Source: Clostridiaceae bacterium
GTDB lineage: Bacteria > Bacillota > Clostridia > Saccharofermentanales > DTU023
Assembly (NCBI GenBank): GCA_012518845.1
Contig: JAAYRJ010000158.1
Location: forward strand, 1-47,301
Direction: 5' to 3'
DNA length: 47,301 nucleotides
The notes below the pieces were generated by a model that saw nothing but the letters and a program-made list of their open reading frames with translations, ran no database searches and was not told the origin of the DNA. The position numbers were made by a program, and so were the translations under genes. Within the stretch, counting starts at the first letter, position 1, and the number at the start of each line of letters is the position of its first letter. Shown one piece after another: positions 36,535 to 45,495 of this stretch.

Positions 36535-36765
36535 TTGATGTCAAAAGCAGTTATTAATTTAGAAACATTAGCCTGTCCTTCTTGTATGCAAAAAATTGAA
36601 GCGGCTATTAAATCAGTTGAAGGTGTTGAAAAAGACTCTGTAAAAGTATTGTTTAATGCCTCAAAAGCTAAGCTTAATTTTGATCAAGAAAAAACAAATA
36701 TAGAAGAAATTGAAAAAGCAATTAACACAGTAGGCTTTAAAGTATTAAAATCAAAAGTAAGGTAG
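36535..36765 (+). CDS. HMA-domain metal chaperone
   Basis: LACPSC motif, 75-76 aa, AAGGAG RBS. Confidence 0.9.
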   Translation: MMSKAVINLETLACPSCMQKIEAAIKSVEGVEKDSVKVLFNASKAKLNFDQEKTNIEEIEKAINTVGFKVLKSKVR

Positions 36766-36771
36766 AATAAA

Positions 36772-37053
36772 ATGACGGTAAATAATTTTTTAAAAGAAAA
36801 TCAAGATATTTTGGAATTATATACAAAGACAGTAGCCAAAGTTCATGGAGATGATTTTCCAGAAGTTATCAAAGTTAGAAACATTTATCTGGATCTAGAA
36901 GAAAAAAGACTAGCTAACAATAATGATTTTGCTCAAGAATTTGAAGCGTTGAGAGAGGCTACAAATAATTATGCCATACCAGAAGATGCATGTGAAACCT
37001 TTGCCGCAACATATAAAATGCTGAAAAAAGTAGATGATCTATATACGAAATAA
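36772..37053 (+). CDS. Minimal RIC/ScdA-like (iron-sulfur repair di-iron family) protein
   Basis: AKVHG..FPE and LREATNNY.IPEDAC.TF motifs shared with YtfE/ScdA. Confidence 0.7.
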   Translation: MTVNNFLKENQDILELYTKTVAKVHGDDFPEVIKVRNIYLDLEEKRLANNNDFAQEFEALREATNNYAIPEDACETFAATYKMLKKVDDLYTK

Positions 37054-37076
37054 ATGGAAGAGAAATCTTCCATTTT
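37052..37076 (+). terminator. Hairpin between the ric-like gene and the Crp/Fnr regulator
   Basis: AAATGGAAGA-GAAA-TCTTCCATTT. Confidence 0.55.
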
Positions 37077-37103
37077 AATTGTAAAATTGAGTAGGAAATT
37101 TTT

Positions 37104-37799
37104 ATGAGTGAAATAAAGCAAAACCAAAACCATGAATCATGTATTTCATTAGTTCCAATTTTTAATCATTTAGATCAAGACTCAATGGCTAAAATAAGTG
37201 AAAAGCTTTCACAAAAAACATTTCAAAGTGGTGAATACTTATTTCAAGCTGCAGAAAAAAAGGATACTCTCTTTATTGTTCATAAAGGCAAAGTTCGCCT
37301 TTTCCAAGTAAGCGAATCCGGCAAAGAACAACTCATTAGGATTTTAGGTCCTGGTGATTTTGTTGGTGAACAAAGACTTTTTAATCCAGGTCAAGCTCAA
37401 AATAATTTTGCTCAAGCAATGACGAAAACAGAAATTTGTTTAATTCATCAAAAAGATTTCGAGGAAGTATTAAAAGAACATCCTCAGATTTCTCTGGAAA
37501 TTTTAGCAGAAATGGCAAAGAGATTAAGTCAATCAGAAAATCAAACAACTAGTATCACAACCACAAGTGCGACCAATCGCTTAATTTTCCACCTTGTTGA
37601 GTTAATTGAAGATCCTAATAACCCTACACCTATTGTTACACTTTCTATGAGCAAAAAGGACATTGCATCTTATTTAGGCACAACTCCAGAAACAATTAGT
37701 CGCAAGTTTAAAGAATTAGAAGATGCAGGTTTGATCAAACAATTGTCTAATCAAAAGATAAAAATTTTAGACGTAGATGAACTATTGTTGTATGAATAA
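37104..37799 (+). CDS. Crp/Fnr family regulator (Flp-like)
   Basis: N-terminal HESCISLVPIF, cNMP-type barrel, and HTH IASYLGTTPETISR with the FNR-type ExxSR helix. Confidence 0.93.
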   Translation: MSEIKQNQNHESCISLVPIFNHLDQDSMAKISEKLSQKTFQSGEYLFQAAEKKDTLFIVHKGKVRLFQVSESGKEQLIRILGPGDFVGEQRLFNPGQAQNNFAQAMTKTEICLIHQKDFEEVLKEHPQISLEILAEMAKRLSQSENQTTSITTTSATNRLIFHLVELIEDPNNPTPIVTLSMSKKDIASYLGTTPETISRKFKELEDAGLIKQLSNQKIKILDVDELLLYE

Positions 37800-37849
37800 A
37801 GCAAGCTAACCAATTTGATTTTCTTGCGTTTAGAATATTGCAACCAGGT

Positions 37850-38689
37850 TTAAATATTCCCTATTTTTACTCTATTTAATTTTTTTCTAGCTAGTTTTGC
37901 CATCTCTTGTAATAAGGAAATACTAGTCGGTGGTTCATTATATTTATAATAAGGAAAATAGCGGGTCAAATGAAGCGGTATCTCAGGCTCAATTTGGGCT
38001 ATAAAATCTACCTGTTGTTTGAATTCAGCTAGATCATCAGAAATTTTTGGTACAACTAAAGTAGTAATTTCAACATGCGCTACCTCTGCTGCAAGACGAA
38101 TTGTCTCTAACGTTGTCTTAAAATCTCCACCTAAACGCTGATATCCTGCTTCTGAAAAGCTTTTCAAATCTATATTCCAAGCAGAAATCAAGGGCAATAA
38201 TTCTTCTAGATAAGGTTTATTAATTTGTCCCGAAGTAACAACGACCGTTTCTAAATTAGCTTGTCGTGCTAACTTGGCCGTATCTCTAATATATTCAAAA
38301 TTTATTAAGGGCTCATTGTAGGTGAAAGCTATACCAATATTCCCTATAGTTTTAAGATCTAAAGCTTGTTCAACTAGTTCGTCTGGAGAAAGAGATTTAG
38401 ATGGAAAATCGTCAACCGAAGCACGAGCTAGCTGATGATTTTGACAAAAAGGACAAGTCATATTACAACCGAAGGTGCCAACAGACAGAATCATTGATCC
38501 TTGCTTAAAATAAGCTAATGGTTTTTTCTCAATTGGATCCAAAGCAATGGATAGCCATTTACCATAAGTCAATGATTTAATCTTACCATCTATATTTTGG
38601 CGAGCTTTACAAAAACCTGTTTGATTTTCTGCCAATCTGCAGAAACGCGGACAAAGATCACATGTAATTACTTTATTCATGTCTAACAA
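37850..38689 (-). CDS. amrS: AmmeMemoRadiSam system radical SAM enzyme
   Basis: CDLCPRFC, GFC, DPIEKKPL, GCNMTCPFCQN and AFTYNEP motifs. Confidence 0.93.
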   Translation of the reverse strand: MLDMNKVITCDLCPRFCRLAENQTGFCKARQNIDGKIKSLTYGKWLSIALDPIEKKPLAYFKQGSMILSVGTFGCNMTCPFCQNHQLARASVDDFPSKSLSPDELVEQALDLKTIGNIGIAFTYNEPLINFEYIRDTAKLARQANLETVVVTSGQINKPYLEELLPLISAWNIDLKSFSEAGYQRLGGDFKTTLETIRLAAEVAHVEITTLVVPKISDDLAEFKQQVDFIAQIEPEIPLHLTRYFPYYKYNEPPTSISLLQEMAKLARKKLNRVKIGNI

Positions 38690-40040
38690 CCTTAAATCGT
38701 TCTAAGCTATAATTTTCATCAGCAGCTATACCTGCTTTTTGTAAAGCAATTTCAACCTGAGTAGTAGCATCATTAATACCTTCTAGTTTAGGCAACAACA
38801 AACCACGTCTATGGCCTTTACTAACAATCACACCATAATTATCCGGATCCAATTCAGATAGACTGGTAATGGGTTCTGCTTCTGCTAAAACATCGACACT
38901 AACTACAAGTTCAGCCAGTTCAAATGACTCAACTGCAGGAAAACGAGGATCCCTGGTTGCAGCAGCAATAGCATTATTAATGATTTCCTCTGCAATTGAA
39001 TTAGTAGTAGGCTCTATCGTACCAATACAGCCTCTTAGTTTATTTCTTTTATAGAGTGTAACAAAAACTCCTGCTCGCTCTTCTAACATTTCACTAGGCA
39101 AATTTTGTGGTAGATCAATTATTTTATCCTCATTGATATAAGTATCGATTGTCTGCCAGGCAAGTTCAAGATATGGATTAGCTGCTTTTGTCACTTGTTC
39201 CGTATTCATTTGCTCTGACGTTGCTAAGAAGTTACGTTTTTGATTTTTTGGACCTGGCAGAAAACTCAAAACACTGTAACCAACACCAAAGGGTCCCTCA
39301 TAAGAATAAAGTTCTGATTTAACTTCTTGTCCATCCAGAGCACCGGCCAACATCTGGAAAGAAGATGTCCCGCACTGGGCTGCTTGTTCCATTTTCTCAT
39401 CTGTTATAGCCAGTAATTCGGCAAAATCAGCATTGCTGAGAATATCTACTATTTTTTGATCAAAAAGTGGACCTTCTGGTTTGTAGCCATAAGGGCCTGA
39501 CTCGGTTAAGACATGCGAAAGATCGCCTGAAGCTATAAAGACTGAACGCTGCTTTGCTACGACTTCTTTAATTTTTTGACCAACACGATAATGATCTGCT
39601 GCAGAAAGGCCAGAAATTCCTAGACGCAATAATTTAAAATCAGTGTATTTTTCTTGGACAAATCTTAATGGGATCAAAGTACCATGATCAAGTTCTAAGG
39701 AATCCCTTGTGGGTGAACCAACAGGTATACCAATCTCAGTTAGTTTTGTCGCTAAACTTGTTGCAAGTTCATGTTCATTATTTACTTCAAGCTCAACACC
39801 ACTTACACCAAAAGAACGTAAATTTCCACTTGAAGTTTTTGTTGTTGCAATAAAAAAACCATCCCGGTAAAGAGGTGCATGTGGACTCGTTATTACGATA
39901 AGTTCAGGTTTGATTGCTGCAATTTCTGTTGCCAGCCGCTTCATACTATCAATTGTATTTTGGATAGTTGCTTCTTGACCACGTCCAACTTCTGGTAAAA
40001 TTATGGGTGGATGTGGTGCTACATAACCTCGCTCAATCAT
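38673..40040 (-). CDS. amrA: LigB/Memo-like domain fused to AMMECR1 domain (AmmeMemoRadiSam protein A)
   Basis: N-terminal PHPP, SPH, LDHG, ASGDLSH and YEGPFGVGY; C-terminal GVFVTL..LRGCIG, DPRF and GLLLP. Confidence 0.92.
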   Translation of the reverse strand: MIERGYVAPHPPIILPEVGRGQEATIQNTIDSMKRLATEIAAIKPELIVITSPHAPLYRDGFFIATTKTSSGNLRSFGVSGVELEVNNEHELATSLATKLTEIGIPVGSPTRDSLELDHGTLIPLRFVQEKYTDFKLLRLGISGLSAADHYRVGQKIKEVVAKQRSVFIASGDLSHVLTESGPYGYKPEGPLFDQKIVDILSNADFAELLAITDEKMEQAAQCGTSSFQMLAGALDGQEVKSELYSYEGPFGVGYSVLSFLPGPKNQKRNFLATSEQMNTEQVTKAANPYLELAWQTIDTYINEDKIIDLPQNLPSEMLEERAGVFVTLYKRNKLRGCIGTIEPTTNSIAEEIINNAIAAATRDPRFPAVESFELAELVVSVDVLAEAEPITSLSELDPDNYGVIVSKGHRRGLLLPKLEGINDATTQVEIALQKAGIAADENYSLERFKVVRHE

Positions 40041-40195
40041 TATAAGCTCCCTTCTATATTAATGCTCAGAGATAAACTTATCTTATCATGGATCAGAACA
40101 TATTACTGAAAATAAAAAAACAAGAGCACAGTAAATAATACTCTTGTTTAGATACTAGAACCACTTCAAACTTGTCAAAATATTTAAGAAATTTG

Positions 40196-40870
40196 TTATT
40201 TCCTATCAATAAATGGTGATAATAATTTTGCTAGGCCACCTAAAGTTATTGTTTGAAGATGTACTTTGCCTGGTCCAGTGACGACGGTATCAAATAATCC
40301 TTCACCACCAAATAGAACATTTTTTACACCTCTAATCATTTGTACATCCATTTGACAAGTGGTATCCATTAAGGCAACTACACCTGTGTCTGTAACAATT
40401 TGTTCGCCAGGTTGTAAATCGTATTCCACGCTGTGTCCATCAATTTCAAAGAAGGCTAAGCCTGGACCAGTAATCTTTTGCATGATAAATCCTTCTCCAC
40501 CAGCTAAACCAGCACCAAATTTTTTCTGAAAATAGATAGAAAGATCAACTCCCGCAGTAGCACATAAGAACGCCGACTTTTGTGCAATTATGCTTTGACC
40601 AGGTGCTAATTCATAAGGTATTATTTTCCCTGGAAATGAAGATGCAAAAGCAATTTCACAAGGACCTTGAGCTGTATAAGTACTCAAAAACAAACTTTCT
40701 CCTGACATCATTCTGCCAAACATTTTACCAAAACCACCACCTGATTCTGTTTCGGTTCTAACAGGACCGCGTGCCCAGGTTCTGCCACCTGCTTCACTAA
40801 CTAATGACTCACCTTGATTAAGAAAAATTCTAACTACGGGCAACGAACCCCCTTCAATTGAATAATTCAT
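40196..40870 (-). CDS. AIM24 family protein
   Basis: GESLF, GGEGFIMQ, GGEGLF and GPG.V.LQ motifs. Confidence 0.9.
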   Translation of the reverse strand: MNYSIEGGSLPVVRIFLNQGESLVSEAGGRTWARGPVRTETESGGGFGKMFGRMMSGESLFLSTYTAQGPCEIAFASSFPGKIIPYELAPGQSIIAQKSAFLCATAGVDLSIYFQKKFGAGLAGGEGFIMQKITGPGLAFFEIDGHSVEYDLQPGEQIVTDTGVVALMDTTCQMDVQMIRGVKNVLFGGEGLFDTVVTGPGKVHLQTITLGGLAKLLSPFIDRK

Positions 40871-40917
40871 AGCGCTTACCTCTCTGAAGATGAATTTAAT
40901 ATAAAAACATTAAATAA

Positions 40918-41463
40918 TTACAAGTAATTATTTAAGTATTCTAAAATCTCTTGTGGATTGTCGCTGATAAAAATCATATCTTCTAGATTTTTATGGATAT
41001 AGCCCATTGCTTGTAGCTGATCCAGCCACTTGATTAAAGGATCATAAAAACCATTATAATTGTAGATGATTAGTGGCTTAGCTGTTTCATCAATTAATTT
41101 CTGAGCCATAACCCCAAACAATTCGTCTAAAGTGCCAATCGCTCCCGGAACGGTTAGAAAAGCAGCAGCTAGTTCGGTCATTTTCTGTTTTCTTTGATCT
41201 AAATCTTTAGTTTCAATAACCGAAGTACAGCCAGGGTAAACCAAACGATCTGCCAAAGATTGAGCAATAACACCAATGATTTCTGCTTGGGATTTTTCAA
41301 ATCCTTTAGCTGTGGCAGCCATTAAACCTCGAGCAAAACCACCAAATACTAATGAAAAACCAGCATCACCTAATGATTGTCCTAAGGATGTGACGGCATC
41401 TACCAAATTTTGCTCAAGTCCTTCTGCCGAAGCTCCAAAAACACAAATATTTTTATTCTCCAC
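40918..41463 (-). CDS. LOG family nucleotide phosphoribohydrolase-like protein
   Basis: ICVFGAS, LVFGG..GLM, RK..M and PGAIGTLDE motifs. Confidence 0.88.
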   Translation of the reverse strand: MENKNICVFGASAEGLEQNLVDAVTSLGQSLGDAGFSLVFGGFARGLMAATAKGFEKSQAEIIGVIAQSLADRLVYPGCTSVIETKDLDQRKQKMTELAAAFLTVPGAIGTLDELFGVMAQKLIDETAKPLIIYNYNGFYDPLIKWLDQLQAMGYIHKNLEDMIFISDNPQEILEYLNNYL

Positions 41464-41584
41464 GCTCTTCTTAACCTTTCTATAATTTAAGAAATTTTAC
41501 TCAAATTCAAAAATAGATTAATAAATAATCTACCTCTATATTATCATTTTTAGATTCTTGAAAACTTAATTATTAATTTATTCC

Positions 41585-41622
41585 AAAAAAATAGCCTTCC
41601 TTGCAAAGAAGCTAGGAAGGCT
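41585..41622 (-). terminator. Terminator after the cupin gene
   Basis: AGCCTTCCT...AGGAAGGCT, followed by a T-run on the minus strand. Confidence 0.75.
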
Positions 41623-41647
41623 GGCAATTTATATAATTTTATTTGAA

Positions 41648-42076
41648 TTAATGATCGTGATCATGCTCTTCTTCTAAAGCAATTTCTTGTGTTGCATGAA
41701 CAGTACCATGATCATGATGAGGAGGACCATAAATTGAATAGATCTTCATAGGTTCGTCGCCAATATTAATTACGTTGTGGAATAAACCTTTTGGGATAAT
41801 AATAACATCATCATCGCCAACTTCTTGTTCAAACGTGATATTATCTTCGGTCTCACCCATGATTACACGACCCTTGCCTTGCTCAATTCTTAAGAATTGA
41901 TCTTCTTTTGTATGGATTTCACCACCAATGTCACCATCTACAGGAATTGACATTAAGGTTACTTGAAGTTGTTCGCCTGTCCATAAAGCTAATCTGAAAT
42001 CTTCATTTTGAATTGTTGCATCCTCAATATTCATTACAAATGGATCATTACCATAATCTTTTAAATTTAAACTCAT
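41648..42076 (-). CDS. Cupin domain protein
   Basis: LWTG..LQVTLMSI, EIH..DQF.RIE.G, HNVIN and YSIY.PP.H motifs. Confidence 0.9.
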   Translation of the reverse strand: MSLNLKDYGNDPFVMNIEDATIQNEDFRLALWTGEQLQVTLMSIPVDGDIGGEIHTKEDQFLRIEQGKGRVIMGETEDNITFEQEVGDDDVIIIPKGLFHNVINIGDEPMKIYSIYGPPHHDHGTVHATQEIALEEEHDHDH

Positions 42077-42212
42077 AATTACACTCCTTTACTTTTCAGT
42101 TCCAAATAATTTATTAATTTTTATACTTTTATTATAACTGATCTCTGCTAATAATAATGTAACAAATAGCCTCTTTTACAAAAATATGCTTAAGTAAGCT
42201 TACTGTTAATTA

Positions 42213-44183
42213 TTATTTAAGTAATAGCCTTAGACCATTTAATATAACTGCAATCGTGGAGCCTTCATGAAAAATAACAGAGAGTGTCATATTGGAAAAA
42301 CCTGTTAGTGCCATGATTACTAAAATCACAACCACAGCTAAAGAAAAAACTATATTTTGCCAAACTACTCGGTTCATTTTTCTAGCCTTTTTATGGGCAT
42401 AAACCAAATTAGATAAGTTATTTTGCATTAGAGCTAAATCTGCTACTTCTAAAGCTACATCAGTACCATCTCCCATAGCAATCCCGACATTTGATTTAAC
42501 AAGGACAGGTGCATCATTTACACCATCACCAACAAATGCAACTGACTTACCCTGAGCTTGTAATTCGGCAATTATATTAGATTTTTCATCTGGTAAAACA
42601 TTAGCACTAACATGATCTATCTTTAACTGAGCGCCAATTGCCTGACCAGTCAATTGAGCATCACCAGAAATCATATGGGTTTCAATATCTTGGCTCTTAA
42701 AGTACTCGATTGCTTTGATCGCTGCTGTTTGCGGTATATCCATCAAGGCAATAACAACTTTTACCTCTTCCGCGCTACTAGCATAAATAACAGTGTTACC
42801 TTTTGATTCCCAATCTTCTGTTATTTCTACAATTTCGGGACTAATATTATTATAGCTTGACGGCTTACCAATTCGATATCTTGTGCCTTTATATTCAGTT
42901 GCTACACCTTTACCTGCTTGATTTTCTACAGATAAATCTATGTCGCCATTTTCTTCTCCAAAATAATCTACAATCGCCTTAGCAAGTGGGTGGTTAGCTT
43001 GTTTTTCCATAGAGACAAGCAAATTAATCCAGGCTGCTTGCTCAATATCTTCTGTAAAATAAGTATTAGTAACTTGAGGTTTACCCAAAGTCAAAGTTCC
43101 AGTTTTGTCAAAAGCGATTGCATCAATTTTTGCTAATTCTTGAATAAAAACAGTTCCTCTGGAAAGAACTCCTTGTCTAGCAAAGCTTGATGTCGCAGAT
43201 AAAGTTGCAGACACTGTAGCCGCAGCTAAAGCACAAGGTGAAGCTGAGACCAAAATTAACAAACCACGATAGAAACTGGTTTCTAAAGTCATATTTGTTA
43301 GAACTGGCATCAAGAGAATAAAGACTATAACACCCAATAAAACAAAAGTAACATAATAAGGTTCATATTTTTCAATAACAGTTGTTGCCCTAGTTCGATT
43401 ACCTTGATTTTCTTCGACTAAGGACATAATCCGACCAAAAACAGTATCTTTACTTTCCTTAGTAACTTCAATAATAATAGTGCCACTACCATTAATAGTT
43501 GAACCATAAACCTGATCACCAGGCTTTTTATCCTGGGGCATACTTTCACCACTAATCGATGCTTCATTGATCGTAGTTTGACCTTCTAAAACAACTCCAT
43601 CAATTGGTACTTGATCACCATTTAAAACCTGGACTCTGTCATCAATTCTTAAATCATCAACATCAACAATCTCGATACTTCCATCAGGTTTATAACGTCT
43701 AGCTGAGGTTGGATTTAGATCGAGCAATTTGGTTATTTCTCTTTGACTGCGACCTTCTGCATAATTCTCTAAAAAGTGAGCTCCACCAAAAATTAGAATT
43801 AATAAAGCCCCTTCCCAATATTCACCTAATATTATTGCTCCAAGAGCCGCAAGTCCCATCAACAAATGAGAATCAGGGCGAAATCTTTGGTGCAGGAATA
43901 GCTCTTTTAAGGTATGCCCAAATCCTTCTAAAATTGCAACATGATATCCGGCCAAAATGGTTGAAATAATAAAGAGAATGTTTTTAATATTGCCAGCTGT
44001 TTCAGTTGGTAGAATCAAAGCAACAATTGCCAAGACTAAACCTATAAAATAAAAAACAATAGGCATTTTGCCGTGATCATGATCATGTTCATGTTCATGG
44101 GCCTGAGAATGTTTATGTTCCTTTTCATGATTATGATTAGTTTCTGGCTGAACATAGGTCTTGTTATCTACTGAGTCGTACAT
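42213..44183 (-). CDS. P1B-4-type heavy-metal ATPase with His-rich N-terminus
   Basis: SPC, DKTGTLT, GDGVND and HEGST motifs; N-terminal HEHEHDHDH. Confidence 0.93.
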   Translation of the reverse strand: MYDSVDNKTYVQPETNHNHEKEHKHSQAHEHEHDHDHGKMPIVFYFIGLVLAIVALILPTETAGNIKNILFIISTILAGYHVAILEGFGHTLKELFLHQRFRPDSHLLMGLAALGAIILGEYWEGALLILIFGGAHFLENYAEGRSQREITKLLDLNPTSARRYKPDGSIEIVDVDDLRIDDRVQVLNGDQVPIDGVVLEGQTTINEASISGESMPQDKKPGDQVYGSTINGSGTIIIEVTKESKDTVFGRIMSLVEENQGNRTRATTVIEKYEPYYVTFVLLGVIVFILLMPVLTNMTLETSFYRGLLILVSASPCALAAATVSATLSATSSFARQGVLSRGTVFIQELAKIDAIAFDKTGTLTLGKPQVTNTYFTEDIEQAAWINLLVSMEKQANHPLAKAIVDYFGEENGDIDLSVENQAGKGVATEYKGTRYRIGKPSSYNNISPEIVEITEDWESKGNTVIYASSAEEVKVVIALMDIPQTAAIKAIEYFKSQDIETHMISGDAQLTGQAIGAQLKIDHVSANVLPDEKSNIIAELQAQGKSVAFVGDGVNDAPVLVKSNVGIAMGDGTDVALEVADLALMQNNLSNLVYAHKKARKMNRVVWQNIVFSLAVVVILVIMALTGFSNMTLSVIFHEGSTIAVILNGLRLLLK

Positions 44184-44206
44184 AGTCTAAGCCTCCAAAA
44201 CATTTG

Positions 44207-44311
44207 ATCTGATTCAAACATCATATGATTCTCCACTCATACATATGTTAAAAAAACTGCGGTTTATCACCGCTTAAATGAATCCTTGTTCATATGACTT
44301 TATATTCATAT
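44207..44311. promoter_or_regulatory. ArsR/SmtB (CzrA-like) operator array and promoter
   Basis: Four ATATGA-like/TCATAT-like inverted repeats start at 44207, 44223, 44276 and 44292. A minus-strand TTGACT-N16-TAATAT promoter lies at 44335-44308. Confidence 0.7.
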
Positions 44312-44347
44312 TAACACTATTTATTATTTAGTCAAGGCTTTTTTTAA

Positions 44348-44635
44348 TTATTCAGGTATATGGGAAACATGTTCTAAAACTTGTTCAATAATATCGAAAA
44401 CATGATGGTCATCTAAGGAATAAATCATTGACTTGCCAGAACGTCTAGATTTAACCAGATGATTATCTTTTAAAGTTCTCAGATGATGCGACAAATTAGA
44501 TTGTTCTATCTTTGTCTTGTCCTCTAATTCACTTACACTTGCATCTTGAAGCGACAAATAGTAGAGAATTTTTAGTTTGGACTCATTACTAATTACTCGC
44601 AATAGCTTTGCAGCTCGTGGAATATATTGCTCCAT
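44348..44635 (-). CDS. ArsR/SmtB metalloregulator (alpha5 site, CzrA-like)
   Basis: SHHLR.L and YSLDDHHV...EHVSH motifs. Confidence 0.92.
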   Translation of the reverse strand: MEQYIPRAAKLLRVISNESKLKILYYLSLQDASVSELEDKTKIEQSNLSHHLRTLKDNHLVKSRRSGKSMIYSLDDHHVFDIIEQVLEHVSHIPE

Positions 44636-44788
44636 ATGTCCTCCAATTCGATATTTTATTAAAAATCTTTCGTAATTTTGTTTATCTACTATCTTACACT
44701 ATTAAAGAAAATCTGTTGCAATATTTAATTACAGATGGGCGTAACTTAAGTATGATCAGCAAAAACCTTTGAGATAAATTCTTAAATT

Positions 44789-45370
44789 CTAATCAGCTGG
44801 TGCTTTACCTATAACCTTAGCAGGAACTCCCGCAGCTATAGAATAAGCTGGAATATCTTTGGTGACAACAGCACCAGCCGCGATTACACAATTATCGCCA
44901 ATAGTAACTCCAGGTAGCACCGATACATTAGCACCAAACCAACAATTATTCCCAATGGTAATAGGACGAGCTTGTTCAAGCCCCTGGTTACGTTCTTTAG
45001 CAGAGTTTGGATGAGCCGCAGTATAAAAACCAGTATAAGGTCCAATAAATGCATAATCGCCAATTGTAATTGGAGCGCCATCCATAAAGTAACAAGATAA
45101 ATTTACATGGACATTTTTGCCAAATTTTGTATTTTTGCCATAATCAAAATAAACTGGTTCTGTAATAGACAAGTTTTCTGGCAACTCTCCTAAAATTTGT
45201 TCGAGCAAACTATTTTTCTGAGCTTTGTCACTTGGTTTAGTCAAATTATATTCATGGTACAAATCTTTTGTCTTTATCCGTGCCTTGAGCAACTCCTGAT
45301 CATAATTAGCATCATACCATTCACCTACTAGCATCTTTTCTCTTTCACTTAATTTAGTCATAAATTTCAC
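44789..45370 (-). CDS. Sugar O-acetyltransferase (maltose/galactoside type)
   Basis: EKML.G..Y, DYG.N, hexapeptide repeats and AGVPAKVI. Confidence 0.92.
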   Translation of the reverse strand: MKFMTKLSEREKMLVGEWYDANYDQELLKARIKTKDLYHEYNLTKPSDKAQKNSLLEQILGELPENLSITEPVYFDYGKNTKFGKNVHVNLSCYFMDGAPITIGDYAFIGPYTGFYTAAHPNSAKERNQGLEQARPITIGNNCWFGANVSVLPGVTIGDNCVIAAGAVVTKDIPAYSIAAGVPAKVIGKAPAD

Positions 45371-45495
45371 CTATCTAAATTATTTAAAATTCATTTTAAA
45401 AAATGTTACGTAAATTATCTTAAAGGAAATGTATGCTTTAATAAAGAAATTTAATATAAGAGAAAAATCTTTGTTAATAAAATTTAAAGGAAAGG

